A stretch of DNA of 34,363 nt from Trichomonas gallinae. Lineage: Eukaryota. A program made the translations under genes and the position numbers. Below are positions 8,515 to 19,729 of the stretch, piece by piece. The notes beneath the pieces are model-generated. The model was not told where the DNA came from. It worked only from the letters and a program-made list of their open reading frames with translations, and did no database searches. Each line of letters opens with the position of its first letter. The stretch's first letter is position 1. The stretch covers positions 1 through 34,363 of the forward strand of contig MRSU01008502.1 of NCBI GenBank assembly GCA_008369845.1, in the 5' to 3' direction.

Positions 8515-9765
8515 ATGAGCGAAACACCAAACATTCCGGCCTATATCGGGGAGTTCATGGTACTTAACAAGATTGGTAGTGGTGCATTCTCAACGGTCTA
8601 CAGGGGTATGCATAACGCGACGAAAATGGACGTCGCAATCAAAGTTATTGATAAGAGAAACTTCACAGACGAAAAGACAATCACGCGTTTCCAAAGGGAA
8701 GTAAGTCTACTGAAGCAAATGAATCATCCGATGATCAACGAGCTCTTCGCAGTCTACGAGGATGAGAATTATCACTACTTAGTCATGGAATATTCGCCAA
8801 ACGGCGATCTTTTGACGTTCATTAACAAAAATGGCAAGCTTATCGAACCAATTGCTAGGCGTTACTTCGTTCAGTTGTTCTCAGTTATAGAGTATTTGCA
8901 CAAAGAGAAAAAAGTAGCCCATCGTGATTTAAAGGCAGAGAATATCCTACTAGACAGGTTCTTCAACCTAAGATTGATTGATTTCGGTTTGAGTAACGTG
9001 TTTACAGATGATAATAATGTATTTGATACAAAGTGCGGTTCTCCTGCATATGTACCCCCAGAAATGATACTAGGCTATGGATATACTCCCGCTGCCGACA
9101 CATGGAGCACCGGGGTCCTTCTTTACGCGATGGCTCTTGGCTGTCTTCCTTTTGAGGACGCTAACATCAAGAAAACACTTCAACTCATTGCATACCAGCA
9201 GCCACAGATACCAACTTCGATTTCTCCAGCTCTAGCAGACCTATTGCAAAAATTATTGACAAAAGATCCGCTGCTTCGCATATCTTTAGACAAAATCAAG
9301 GAGCATCCTTGGTTCTCGAAACTCGAATACGATGCAATTTATGCTTATCAAAAGAAAGTCCAAGAAATTACAGTCGATCCCGAAATTGTATCGCAAATGG
9401 ATGGAATGGGCATCAACACTGATAGCCTCAGACAGAATCTATTCATGGGAGTCTATGATGATACAACTTCTGTCTACAGAATGTTGCGCAAAGCGAAAGT
9501 AACATTCGAAATGAAGACAGCAATGAGAGCAAGGCCCTCTGCATCTAATAGCACTCCTCAACCCAATAAAATGCTGTCAAATATCACTGTTAACCCTGTT
9601 AGTCAGGGAAAATCAATCCAAATTCGACAACCAATCCAGGAATGTGAGGTTCCGATGCCTCAGCCTGTTTTCTCACAAGCTCCTCAACAGATTGCATTCA
9701 GACCAATGGTTCGTCCAGCTGTCCGTGTATCTGTTGCAAGATGTTATTCAGTCAAACCCCAATAA
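8515..9765 (+). CDS. CAMK-group (SNF1/AMPK-like) Ser/Thr protein kinase
   Basis: IGSGAFSTV, VAIK, HRDLKAEN, DFG, CGSPAYVPPE, DTWSTG; low-complexity P/Q tail. Confidence 0.95.
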   Translation: MSETPNIPAYIGEFMVLNKIGSGAFSTVYRGMHNATKMDVAIKVIDKRNFTDEKTITRFQREVSLLKQMNHPMINELFAVYEDENYHYLVMEYSPNGDLLTFINKNGKLIEPIARRYFVQLFSVIEYLHKEKKVAHRDLKAENILLDRFFNLRLIDFGLSNVFTDDNNVFDTKCGSPAYVPPEMILGYGYTPAADTWSTGVLLYAMALGCLPFEDANIKKTLQLIAYQQPQIPTSISPALADLLQKLLTKDPLLRISLDKIKEHPWFSKLEYDAIYAYQKKVQEITVDPEIVSQMDGMGINTDSLRQNLFMGVYDDTTSVYRMLRKAKVTFEMKTAMRARPSASNSTPQPNKMLSNITVNPVSQGKSIQIRQPIQECEVPMPQPVFSQAPQQIAFRPMVRPAVRVSVARCYSVKPQ

Positions 9766-10707
9766 TATTGTTATACTTTCACTATCCTTTGTAAATATTA
9801 CCATTTTATCCTCAAAATGCTGTATTTTTTTCATTGTTGCGAAAAAAAATTCTAATTTTTTTTTGAAGATCAACGAATTAAACAAAATCATATTTATAAA
9901 AATATTACCACGCATCTACATAACAATAAAATAGTACTAAAATCGATCTAATAACAATATCTTCATTCAATATCTAAAATCGATAGATTTGGGTTTGAAT
10001 TTTAATACATTTTAGTGCATAGCTAAAGTCATTGATGCTGAATTCTTTGACAAAAAAATCAAAAAAAGTCGGAAATTTCAAAAGTGTTTCGGGGGAGCAA
10101 TAAATACAAAAAATATGAAATTTAGAAACTATATGCTATTATAATGCTATATTTAATGCCAAAAGTATATGGTGAGGTGAGGAAAACGGTTTCAGCATTT
10201 TTCTTCACAAGTCTCTGCCACTTTTCTGACACAACTTCAATCATATTAGACTCATATTCATATAAATAATAAAATTATACAAATTATGTTTTTGTGCGTC
10301 ACCTTTTTCAATAATTACACATTGATTTTTGTCCTGAAAAGCATTAAGATATTTGCTTAAGGAGTTGTATGCTATATTTTATATATGCATACATTAAATT
10401 CTTACATTAAGATTCTGGTTATTTCATTAAATCTAAGTAATATAATATTTATTAAAATTCATATGAGATAATCTATGCGTTCACCACATCAATTATTCTT
10501 TTTATTGGATTATATTAACCATTGCACTCATTAATCTTACCAACAAGGTGTATTCTCGCCGAAACACATCAATCATTTCAATTTTGCTTTTCTGTAAAAA
10601 AATTATATCATATAAACGATAATAAACAACATTTAATTATAAAACAATGCGCATTAATATTAAAAAAAAATGTAACATTTTTTTTTTCTGATAACAAGCG
10701 TCAGCGC

Positions 10708-11025
10708 TTAGAAATCAAAATAATTCGAGCCCTCGAGGGACTCAGATGAGAATTCTGGAGAATTTGGACTATCGAAGTCAGTAGAAATAGAATTCGCAGA
10801 ATCGAAGTTATATAAATTATCGCACATAATCGCTTCTGGGTTGGGCAGTATAGTTGTTTCAACGGGTTTAACATCATCGGAACTGAGAATTTCTAAGTTA
10901 TTTTTTGGTAATTTGCCATCTTTTTCTAATCTATATATGATAGGCTCTTGGTTACCCATGTATGGGCTCCTGAAAATGATAGTGATGACTTTTGGCTTGG
11001 AAGAAGTGTTCGCCTTTTTCACCAT
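10708..11025 (-). CDS. Small hypothetical protein (105 aa, acidic Ser-rich C-terminus)
   Basis: The ORF track starts at a GTG. The first ATG is at 11025, directly preceded by the Inr-like TCATTTTCATC. Confidence 0.55.
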   Translation of the reverse strand: MVKKANTSSKPKVITIIFRSPYMGNQEPIIYRLEKDGKLPKNNLEILSSDDVKPVETTILPNPEAIMCDNLYNFDSANSISTDFDSPNSPEFSSESLEGSNYFDF

Positions 11026-11764
11026 GATGAAAATGATGTTATGCACAAAAATTTGACTCCTCTATAGAATTTGTAGTCGTAAATTGTATTTTCTTATTTT
11101 GGCTACGAATCCAGCTTAGTTATCACAATACAAATAGCAGTTTAATTTCAAAATCCATATAATATAACCGGATTGCCATTTTTTAGGGTGAAATTTTTGT
11201 CTCAAAAAATTTGAGTCAGTATCACGAATGACAAATAAAATAATGGATTCGTCAGTCTACATGCCAGATTTTTTTTTTTCCTTTCATAAGGCTGTAGTAG
11301 TAATGCAATATTTTGCATGACTTTTTCATTTTTTCAGTTTTGTCGCTGGCATCAATAGCAAAATGACAACTTTGTATCCATTTTTATATGCATTAGATTC
11401 AATTTCATCGGTAATCGAAATTAATATATTACTCATGATGCAATTATATGGTATTTCATTATCGTTGTTGCATCATTAATCATTAGCATTCAGATTTACA
11501 TAGACATTACTGACAATGCTTGTTTAATTCATGGATTTGTAATTCAAAATTAATCGTATATGTCATGAATGATGCATCAGTTATATATTTTATTCATTAC
11601 AAGAAGAACTTACATCTAGTTCATGGATGCATGAAAATGATATTTCATATATTTTATAATGTGAACCAAAAAAATTATTTTGTTAATAATGAAATCATTT
11701 TAAATAAGCTGGTGAGATGCAGTTTATTTTTTGACAAACAATTATATATCGCATTTTATTTTAA

Positions 11765-14146
11765 TTATTGGGAGACAATATCAATTAGGGACTGATCACC
11801 CATGCTTTCAGCAATTCTCTCAGGAGTTAAACCATTGTTGTTCGGCATATCTGGTCTAGCTCCGAATTCCACGAGATTATATGCGCATTCGTAGTATTTC
11901 TTCTGTACAGCATAATGCAAGGGAGTGTTTCCTTGCTGATCTTTGAGATTTGGATCGACATTTCTCTTTAGCAGCATTCTGACGATATCTGGCATGTTCA
12001 ACTCTGTCCACTGGAACAAAAATGTTCTTCCTTTGTCATCTTTGATTGTTGGGTCGATTGCATACGTAATCAAAATCCTAACATACTCGATGTTTTCCTT
12101 TGGATCCTTTCCGAGTACATTCATCAAATGCTCTCCCTTTGCATTCCTAACATTTGGATCTGCGCCGTGTCTGAGGAGATACGCGAAGAGATTGATCTGC
12201 TTCTTCTTGTATGCTGTGAAGAGTGGCGTGTTTCCTGTCTTGTCTTCTTGAGAATTCAAGTCACAGCCGTGCTCAACAAATATTTGGACAGCGACGTGGT
12301 TCTTCTGGTTGATCGCGTAGTGGATAATCGACGATGTAGCTGTTCCATACTTCTCCATATTTGCGCCGCTGTTGACGAGGAGCTGTGTGATGTGGTTGTG
12401 GCCTCTTTCAACCGACATTTCGAGGGCTGATTTGATTGGAAGTGTTGTTTGCGTATCTAAATTGACGCCGATGTCAATCAATGCTTTGACTGACTTGAAC
12501 ATTCCGTATCTTGCAGCAATCATCAATGGAGTCATGTTATCTCTTGTAACATAGTTAACCTTTGAGCCGTGCTTGTATAAACACTTGATGGCGTTCAATG
12601 AGTCGAACTCAACAGCCTCAAGGAATGGATTATGTCCGAGAGTTGTCATGTTTTCAAGTTTAGCGCCGTATTTGAGTAAAAGATCAATCATCCTTGGGTC
12701 ATCGTGATTGGCAGCAAAGTGTAGTGCAGATCTGCCATCATTATTGTCGTGCAAATCTTTGTTCGCGTTCTTCTTCAAAAACATCTCCGCGGACTTGTAG
12801 TAGCCGCGCTCAGCGAGTGCCATCAAGTGTGTCATTCCGAGCTGGTCGATCGAGTTGATGTCGCAGTTCTTAGACATGAACAACTCATAGAGTTCTGTGT
12901 CCCAGCTGCACTTCTGGATCAAGGCGACGTAAGGAGAGATGCCCATTGCGTTCTTGGCTTTGACGCTGGCTCTCTTCTTGATAAGATACTTGGCGACCTC
13001 GTTTCCGTTGCCTGGAGGTTGTTGGTTGGCTTCAATTGCGAGGTGAAGAGGTGTGTTGCCCATTGAATCTGTTTCTGAGATGCTGAAGTTCTTTTCTTCG
13101 ACAAGGAACTTGGCAATCTCAAACGCGCCGTTTCCACATGCGACGTGTAGCCAGTTCTTCTGTCCTTCCATCTTCATACTCAAAACGCTTGGTTTTTGCG
13201 ACAAGAACCACCTGAAAGTATCGATGCAGTCGAAGCGGACGGCGTCGTAGACAGAGCCATTCGGGTTTAATTCGAATAATGGTTTGAGGAGAAGCTTCAT
13301 ATCTGCGCTAATTACAGCTTTTGGGACAGAAATCTTCTGGAAATCGACTTTCTTGATATCTTTGAGGTTTACGAGGATATCCTCGAAGACTGGGAAGTTA
13401 TAATAGTAAAATGCGGGGAAATAAGCATAATCAATTCCGACGCTGTGGCAGAAACTGATTAGTTGTTCATTATTTGCACGTAACGCGCCATCCATGTTCT
13501 CGTTGTTAACTCTGAAGACGCGGTCGTAGATTTCAATCATATCAAGATTTCTGCACGTGGAAAACTTTTGACGCAACAAGCTATCGCCTGGAACTTTGTT
13601 CATGACCAAAAATTTGAAGCAGTTGATGGCTCCGTACTGTGCTACGTAATCAAACATACTTTCTTTTGGCGGGCCGCCGAATGGGTCATTTTCGAGGAAC
13701 TTTTCGTAGAAGTTAGCGCAAATGTCTCTGAATTTCTCTATGTCGTCGTTGAAAATTACTTTGTTTTCTGTAGATGGTTCGTAATTTGTAACGATTTCTT
13801 CTGCTGTTGGCTTGAAATACCTTGATGGGCAGTCATACTGGATCTGATCGGTCTTAGAAAGGTAAGCAATTGTTCTTTCAGCCAAGATGTGAAATCCAAA
13901 ATTAAATGTAGCGTCTGTCTGAAGGAGTGGGATCATTTTTACGAATGTTGGGAGTCTATCATGGTTTGTGAGAATAGCTTCAAGAGCTCTAATTGTATTT
14001 TTGGACGTTAAATAATTTTTATTGATGATTGAAGCGGCTTCATCGACTAATTGTTGGAGATTATCATCTCTCACAGCAACTATATTGTTGTAGAATGCTG
14101 TCAAAGTGCGGAGCAATTCATGTGTCTCATCTTTGAGTTGAACCAT
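11765..14146 (-). CDS. Ankyrin-repeat protein with trichomonad DUF3447-like N-terminal region
   Basis: Many TPLH/TPLM/SALH ankyrin repeats in the C-terminal half; YVAQYGAINCFKFL segment typical of trichomonad ankyrin proteins. Confidence 0.92.
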   Translation of the reverse strand: MVQLKDETHELLRTLTAFYNNIVAVRDDNLQQLVDEAASIINKNYLTSKNTIRALEAILTNHDRLPTFVKMIPLLQTDATFNFGFHILAERTIAYLSKTDQIQYDCPSRYFKPTAEEIVTNYEPSTENKVIFNDDIEKFRDICANFYEKFLENDPFGGPPKESMFDYVAQYGAINCFKFLVMNKVPGDSLLRQKFSTCRNLDMIEIYDRVFRVNNENMDGALRANNEQLISFCHSVGIDYAYFPAFYYYNFPVFEDILVNLKDIKKVDFQKISVPKAVISADMKLLLKPLFELNPNGSVYDAVRFDCIDTFRWFLSQKPSVLSMKMEGQKNWLHVACGNGAFEIAKFLVEEKNFSISETDSMGNTPLHLAIEANQQPPGNGNEVAKYLIKKRASVKAKNAMGISPYVALIQKCSWDTELYELFMSKNCDINSIDQLGMTHLMALAERGYYKSAEMFLKKNANKDLHDNNDGRSALHFAANHDDPRMIDLLLKYGAKLENMTTLGHNPFLEAVEFDSLNAIKCLYKHGSKVNYVTRDNMTPLMIAARYGMFKSVKALIDIGVNLDTQTTLPIKSALEMSVERGHNHITQLLVNSGANMEKYGTATSSIIHYAINQKNHVAVQIFVEHGCDLNSQEDKTGNTPLFTAYKKKQINLFAYLLRHGADPNVRNAKGEHLMNVLGKDPKENIEYVRILITYAIDPTIKDDKGRTFLFQWTELNMPDIVRMLLKRNVDPNLKDQQGNTPLHYAVQKKYYECAYNLVEFGARPDMPNNNGLTPERIAESMGDQSLIDIVSQ

Positions 14147-14149
14147 TTA

Positions 14150-14209
14150 CCAGAACTAAATAGTACTCAAAGATGTTGTTCTTTTCTTGCCAGAACTAAA
14201 CAGTACTCA
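14150..14209. repeat. 20-bp direct repeat (40-bp period) in the ankyrin gene leader
   Basis: ccagaactaaatagtactca (14150-14169) versus ccagaactaaacagtactca (14190-14209); one mismatch. Confidence 0.85.
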
Positions 14210-15022
14210 TTCTAAAAGTGGGTTTTGTCAGCAAATTAAGTCAATATAGTGTAGATTATTTATTTTCAAAAAATATTTTAACGAAGACACAATAAATGCA
14301 ATGTATAATACAATATTTATGACGTAGATAAGATGATACAATTGTGATGAGCTATTATATAGCAATAAAATTAGATAGTTGATATATTATTTTGCTCAGA
14401 TTGCGAAATGATATCAATCTGATTTTTATGGTATATAATAGATCATGGCATGTTGTAACAATATCGGACGAAAATTCAAAAATTTAAGGTTATTGCGAAA
14501 TCTTATTAGTATAGCATGGAACATCATAATATATTGATATTTTTACGAAAATTCAAAATTTTCGAGAAAATGGAGAATTCAAAAAAAGTTCGAAATATTG
14601 GTTGTGACATCAGAATTATTTCATTCATTATTTACTTGTTTTAATTCAGCTTAAAATAATGCGTAACTTTTGAATTTCGAGTTTGGATAAAAATTAAACG
14701 AGTTATTTTTCAGTAATTTCGCATTGTATGGATTAATAAGCATATAAGCTATCTAATAAGCAAATCGAAAACGAAACTTTAGCAAAATACTTTCAGAACG
14801 AAATTTAAACATCGTCAGTATACAATACAGCAAGTATGCATTTATATGAATTAATCTAAAGTAACGGTAGAAAAGATGACAAATAGAATTTTGTTTTTTC
14901 ACCGACAATCATATGATTTCTTAGCATCAAATGATATATTTTAAGTAATAAAAGAGATATGCAAGGTAGATGATTGTCTAAGTCAATCCTATAATCGAGA
15001 AATTTTCGAAAAAAAAACATGA

Positions 15023-15111
15023 AATTTTGTCACTTTTCATTGAATTTTGTCACTTTTTGATCTCCCTTTTTTGTTTTTACAAATGACGGTTTTGCCAACT
15101 TTCTATTCAAT
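15023..15111 (+). promoter_or_regulatory. G-alpha core promoter: duplicated AATTTTGTCACTTTT, CCTTT, M3-like GACGGTTTT, Inr TCAAT
   Basis: 15-bp exact repeat at 15023 and 15043; GACGGTTTT at 15085-15093; TCAAT at 15107-15111. Confidence 0.55.
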
Positions 15112-15114
15112 TAT

Positions 15115-16308
15115 ATGGGTTGCTCCGCATCTAAGCCTAGTGAACCAGCCAATTCCGCTCTCCCGGCTGCGCCAGTGCAAAAGAAGAAGGTTGAGCCAGA
15201 GCCTCCGAAACCAGCTCCAGAGCCAGTTGAAGTAGAAACAACTCCACAAGAGCCGGAGCCAGTCAAGGCTGCTCCACAGCCGGAGCCACAGAAGCCAGTA
15301 GAGCCACCGCCAAAAGTCGTCGCTGTCGAAGATGATACAAATGAAGCTTATGGTCTTCTTCTCTGCGGCGCAGGTGAATCCGGAAAGACAACATTTACAC
15401 GCCAGTTGAAGCTTCGCTACCTCAACGGTTTCAACGAGAAGGATTGCCGTGATTTCTTGAGAACAATTCGCGGAAACCTTGTCGAAACAATGCAGCTCTT
15501 GCTTGTCTGGCTTGAGCACAACAGCATCGAAATCGAGGACGAAGATGCAGCTTCTATGGCACAGGAAATTGTTGATGTTGATCCACAAGACTGCGAATTC
15601 AACGAGGAGCTCGTCGACAAGCTCAAGATCCTCTGGGAGAACGAGCAGATCAAGAAGGCATTCGAGCACAAGGATGAAACAGCCGTTCCAGACCACATGC
15701 CATACTTCTTCGATAAAATCGACCAGCTCGCCGAAGAGGACTACATCCCATCCAATGAAGATGTTCTCCGCGCTCGTATCCGCTCAATCGGTATCGAAGC
15801 TATTACATTCGACCTTCAGGGCGCTAGAATCAGAATCTTCGATGTCGGTGGTCAGAAGTCTGAGCGTTCCAAGTGGGCCAACGTTATGGACCAGGTCGAA
15901 GGTGTCATCTTCTGTGTCTCATTCGCTGAATTCGACAAGCCAATGTTCGAAGATCAGAACGTCCTTCGTATCAACGATTCTCTCGAGATCTTCAGCAACA
16001 TCACACACCAGGAGAAGTTCGCCAACTCCCCAATCTTCCTCGTTTGCAACAAATTTGATGTCTTCGAGGAGAAGATCAAGAATACAGACGCTTTCATCAA
16101 GATCTTCCCAGAGTTCACAGGTGACAGCCACAATCCAGAGGTCTGCGCTCAGTATCTCATCCAGAAGTTCCTTGACAAGGCTGCTCCACTTTCCGAAGAT
16201 CGCCCAATTGTTGAATATAAGATCGTTGCTCTTAACGGTGATCAGGTCGTTCAGACAGCTGATGCTATTTGCAAGTACATCAGTGATAAGTACTATCAGG
16301 ATGCGTAA
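15115..16308 (+). CDS. Heterotrimeric G-protein alpha subunit
   Basis: MGC myristoylation/palmitoylation start; GAGESGKTT; LRARIRSIGI; DVGGQ; NKFD; strong codon bias. Confidence 0.95.
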   Translation: MGCSASKPSEPANSALPAAPVQKKKVEPEPPKPAPEPVEVETTPQEPEPVKAAPQPEPQKPVEPPPKVVAVEDDTNEAYGLLLCGAGESGKTTFTRQLKLRYLNGFNEKDCRDFLRTIRGNLVETMQLLLVWLEHNSIEIEDEDAASMAQEIVDVDPQDCEFNEELVDKLKILWENEQIKKAFEHKDETAVPDHMPYFFDKIDQLAEEDYIPSNEDVLRARIRSIGIEAITFDLQGARIRIFDVGGQKSERSKWANVMDQVEGVIFCVSFAEFDKPMFEDQNVLRINDSLEIFSNITHQEKFANSPIFLVCNKFDVFEEKIKNTDAFIKIFPEFTGDSHNPEVCAQYLIQKFLDKAAPLSEDRPIVEYKIVALNGDQVVQTADAICKYISDKYYQDA

Positions 16309-16544
16309 AGTCATTAAAAAACGTTCGAATTACTGTCTAACATTAAAGGATTATACTAAAAACATAATCATATTTTTAAAATTGATCAAAGTGCAAAATA
16401 ATTATCGATATAAAAAAATAAATAAAAATTACGATTTCACAGTTATTGTTTAAAACTATAGGATTGTGATATAATAATTTTGTGATTCAAATTATTTAAA
16501 ACTATATTAATTAATTTTTATTATAAAACAAAACATTATTTCGC

Positions 16545-19499
16545 TCAATAGTCATCTTCATCCTCATTGATAGGATGTGTAATTGTATCTATTGACTTTT
16601 CATCAAAAATCTTGTTGAGAATCTTTAATTCTCTCCTCCTCTTCATTTTCGCATAGATATAGATAGAAAGAATGACCAATGTGATGAACAGCACAATTCC
16701 AAGGGTAATTAGGAAGTATTTCAGCCATGTTCTCTTATTCGCTTTCACGATGTTCATGCAAACCTGGTCGTTATCAAGTTTAGTGCATTCAGCAGAAAGT
16801 CCACTATTTTTATCAACATCGAGGTCAAGTTTCCAATTCTTGCAGGAAGAATTCGAAATACAAACTAGATCTACATTAAATTCGCCTTGAATCCTACTAA
16901 GATTGATAGGAGTGGTATCTGTATTCTTTAATGTGATCTTTCCCTTCAAAGACTTACTTGGATCTCCAAATTGTAAATATGGGACTTTTGCGCCTGAAAA
17001 GTAGACTTCAAGATTAAACGGATCTTCTGGTGGATGCAAATTGATTAAAGCATAAGCATCTTCTAAAACTTTAATATCTGATACAACTAAATTTCCTCTT
17101 TGAAGGAAGCTTTTTGATGAAATTGTTGCTTTCTTGGCAATAATTTTACCTTTGCCGATTGTTGCGTTGTTTGATGAAATGAAAACTTCATCAGCATAGA
17201 CATCTTTATCTAAAAGTATGTCTAATTTCTTCTTCAGGTCTATCTTAGGCAGTTTGATTGTGAAAATATCTGGAATAATGAACTGAGTATCATTCGTGAT
17301 AATGAATTCAATAGGAATTTTACCGGAAACATTGATAAATGTGACAGTTCCTCCAGGAGAAACAGGGAATGATGGTGAATCTCCAATAACAGAGTCAATT
17401 TCTAAAATTGAATTTTGTTGATTATTATCAATGGAAAGATTCTGGCAAACAGGTGATCGAATCTTCAACATTGTATTCCAAGACATATTGCTTGTTATTT
17501 TGACTGTTGTATCTGTAAATCTGAATTGATCAACTAAAATAGAATCATTTTCGCATATGATTCTCTTCGGTGAGATTTCATTGAGGAATATCTTATCCGC
17601 TTTAATACTATGTGAATTATATTCTGAGCGCTGATCCATATAAAGTTTCGAAATTTGAACAATTTTATGTGATTTGATTGCTGCATTTTGAAGATAACAT
17701 TTTTCAATCTTATCGGCTTCTAAATCTAGTTCTCCATTATTAATCGTAAGAGAATTGATTTTACTTAATTTTAATGTGAATTTTTTGTTTGTTTTGAAGT
17801 TAATGACAAGAGATGAGGTGAAGTATGATAATTCGAGACTGTCGGGCATATTATCGCCAATGAACAACGTGAATTTTTCTGTTTTGGTTAAGCTTTTTTC
17901 CGAAATTTCGTCGTAGGACAGTTTGGTTATAGTTTTAAACTCCTTGTCGCTACAGCCGATATTGTTCGGTTCGGGTGATGAGCAGCACTCTTTGGAATAT
18001 CTTTGGGTAAAACTATAATTAATGCAATAGTTGTCATTTTCATGTACACATAGCGCTTTGTAGTCCTTGATTGCATTCTGAGAAACAAATGTTTCATTAT
18101 GGAAAACTTGACATAATAATTCTGATTTGCTGCAAAACTGATGATTGAATGCTTTATTAACATCTGGTGTTTGATAAAACATAACTGCTAATCTATTACT
18201 GTATTCGTTTTCTTTTGTTAAATTATCAAAAAATATGAACGGCTTTCCATCACTTTTTCCATATTCCGTGGATGATAAAAGTGTGTCGTTGTTAAACAGT
18301 GCATTCTCGAATGTAGCATTTTCATCTTTTTGATAAACATTTAGATTCGTTGTTGCTTTCGGAAGCAGATATGAGCCTCTGAAGTTAGATGAGCGGAATG
18401 TAAACTTATCTGGTTTTATTATTGATGATAAATTACTATAAACATTACTATTAATCACATTAATTGAATTAATAACGAGTTCGCTGTTTGGATTTTCGAA
18501 ATTGAATGAAATTTCGGTATTTCTAGCAGTAATCTCAGAAATTGACGATGAATTCTGCTGGAAATAAAAGTTTGCTTTTGTATTGTTCAAAACAAATTTA
18601 ACTAGATTTGAATCGGAGTGAGAATAAAAGTTCACTGGATGAGTTGATTCAATGTTTAAGTCATAGAATTCGTTAAATGCTGGAAAATATTCCGAAACAA
18701 CATTGAGTTCGTGTTTAGGCCTAAAAGTAAGAATTGACTGGAAAACTGTTTGTGATGAGAGATATTTGTACAATTTTAGTGTCGCATTTGGTGTTTCGAG
18801 TTCAACTTTGATAATCATCGTGCATCTTTCAGGAATGAGCTGAATTGTTGACTCGGAGTTCACTAGTTCGAACCTGAATCCGTGAAATTGGCAGCCTGAA
18901 ACCATGTCTCCTTTGCATCCAATTAAATTTAATTCAACTTGAAAAGAATCCGATTTAAATTTTGTCTTTGCATTAATCTTTGTATCTGAATCACTGCAAT
19001 TTATCGTGATTTTCGGAGTAGCCATGACTGTTACATTTGATAGTGAGTAAATATCAGTGTAAACGTTGGAAGATGAAACAGTTATGTCTTCAAATTTTGT
19101 TCGCTGCATTTCCAAAGAAGAAGCTCGTAGAATTGCGTGAGTTTTCTTTTCAGTGATTGTAATATTTTCGAGATAGATGTTAATATCGCCAAGAAAGTTG
19201 AATAGTGAGTTAAATATGATTGTTTTTGGTGATCCGACTCCAATTAAACGAAGTGTTGAAGAAGCTGGAATTTTTAAGTAGTTAAAATACTCGCTAGAAT
19301 ACTGCGATGATATTGAATCGAGGAATTTGAACGTAATATCGTTGCTAGAAACAATTTTATCAGATAAATCTAGCAAATTCTGATTAAATGTTGTTTCTAT
19401 ATGAATCTGCGTCGCATTCGGATCGCAGCCCTTATTGCTGCTAATATAAACGCAAAATTCAATTGCGCGCAGTTCATTTAAAAATAAAAACAAAAACAT
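16545..19499 (-). CDS. Type I membrane/surface protein with two similar ectodomain modules
   Basis: Short hydrophobic N-terminus MFLFLFL; Asn/Ile/Ser-rich ectodomain; TM YFLITLGIVLFITLVILSIYIYA followed by KMKRRR; acidic tail. Confidence 0.8.
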   Translation of the reverse strand: MFLFLFLNELRAIEFCVYISSNKGCDPNATQIHIETTFNQNLLDLSDKIVSSNDITFKFLDSISSQYSSEYFNYLKIPASSTLRLIGVGSPKTIIFNSLFNFLGDINIYLENITITEKKTHAILRASSLEMQRTKFEDITVSSSNVYTDIYSLSNVTVMATPKITINCSDSDTKINAKTKFKSDSFQVELNLIGCKGDMVSGCQFHGFRFELVNSESTIQLIPERCTMIIKVELETPNATLKLYKYLSSQTVFQSILTFRPKHELNVVSEYFPAFNEFYDLNIESTHPVNFYSHSDSNLVKFVLNNTKANFYFQQNSSSISEITARNTEISFNFENPNSELVINSINVINSNVYSNLSSIIKPDKFTFRSSNFRGSYLLPKATTNLNVYQKDENATFENALFNNDTLLSSTEYGKSDGKPFIFFDNLTKENEYSNRLAVMFYQTPDVNKAFNHQFCSKSELLCQVFHNETFVSQNAIKDYKALCVHENDNYCINYSFTQRYSKECCSSPEPNNIGCSDKEFKTITKLSYDEISEKSLTKTEKFTLFIGDNMPDSLELSYFTSSLVINFKTNKKFTLKLSKINSLTINNGELDLEADKIEKCYLQNAAIKSHKIVQISKLYMDQRSEYNSHSIKADKIFLNEISPKRIICENDSILVDQFRFTDTTVKITSNMSWNTMLKIRSPVCQNLSIDNNQQNSILEIDSVIGDSPSFPVSPGGTVTFINVSGKIPIEFIITNDTQFIIPDIFTIKLPKIDLKKKLDILLDKDVYADEVFISSNNATIGKGKIIAKKATISSKSFLQRGNLVVSDIKVLEDAYALINLHPPEDPFNLEVYFSGAKVPYLQFGDPSKSLKGKITLKNTDTTPINLSRIQGEFNVDLVCISNSSCKNWKLDLDVDKNSGLSAECTKLDNDQVCMNIVKANKRTWLKYFLITLGIVLFITLVILSIYIYAKMKRRRELKILNKIFDEKSIDTITHPINEDEDDY

Positions 19500-19729
19500 T
19501 ATAATTTTTGTCAGATTGACAGATTTTTCGGAAAAGATGTTTTATTCATCTATATATTGCATCTATAATATTTAACCAATTAAATTGTGTTTATTAAAAT
19601 TGGCCTCTTTGACTAAAATATATAATATAAAAAGGCCATAATTATTAAAAATTCTCAATAATGACAATTAACTTAATTTAATACCATATTCATACATATT
19701 TATGTATATGGAGGAAAATCAAAATCATA

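Noticed and set aside
10170..10243. Possible C/D snoRNA (GTGAGGA...CTGA) with ACTTTTCTGACAC antisense to LSU GTGTCAGAAAAGT; also a 40-codon minus-strand ORF
   Set aside because: The complementarity overlaps the would-be D box instead of preceding it, the terminal stem is only 3 bp and there are no C'/D' boxes; the ORF is too short to support.
14185..14206. Short intron (GTACTG...AG) joining the upstream ATG to the ankyrin ORF
   Set aside because: No CTAAC branch motif, and removing 21 or 26 nt does not restore the frame.
15479..16453. 324-aa overlapping ORF in the G-alpha gene
   Set aside because: Ser/Arg-rich shadow frame produced by strong codon bias; non-ATG start.
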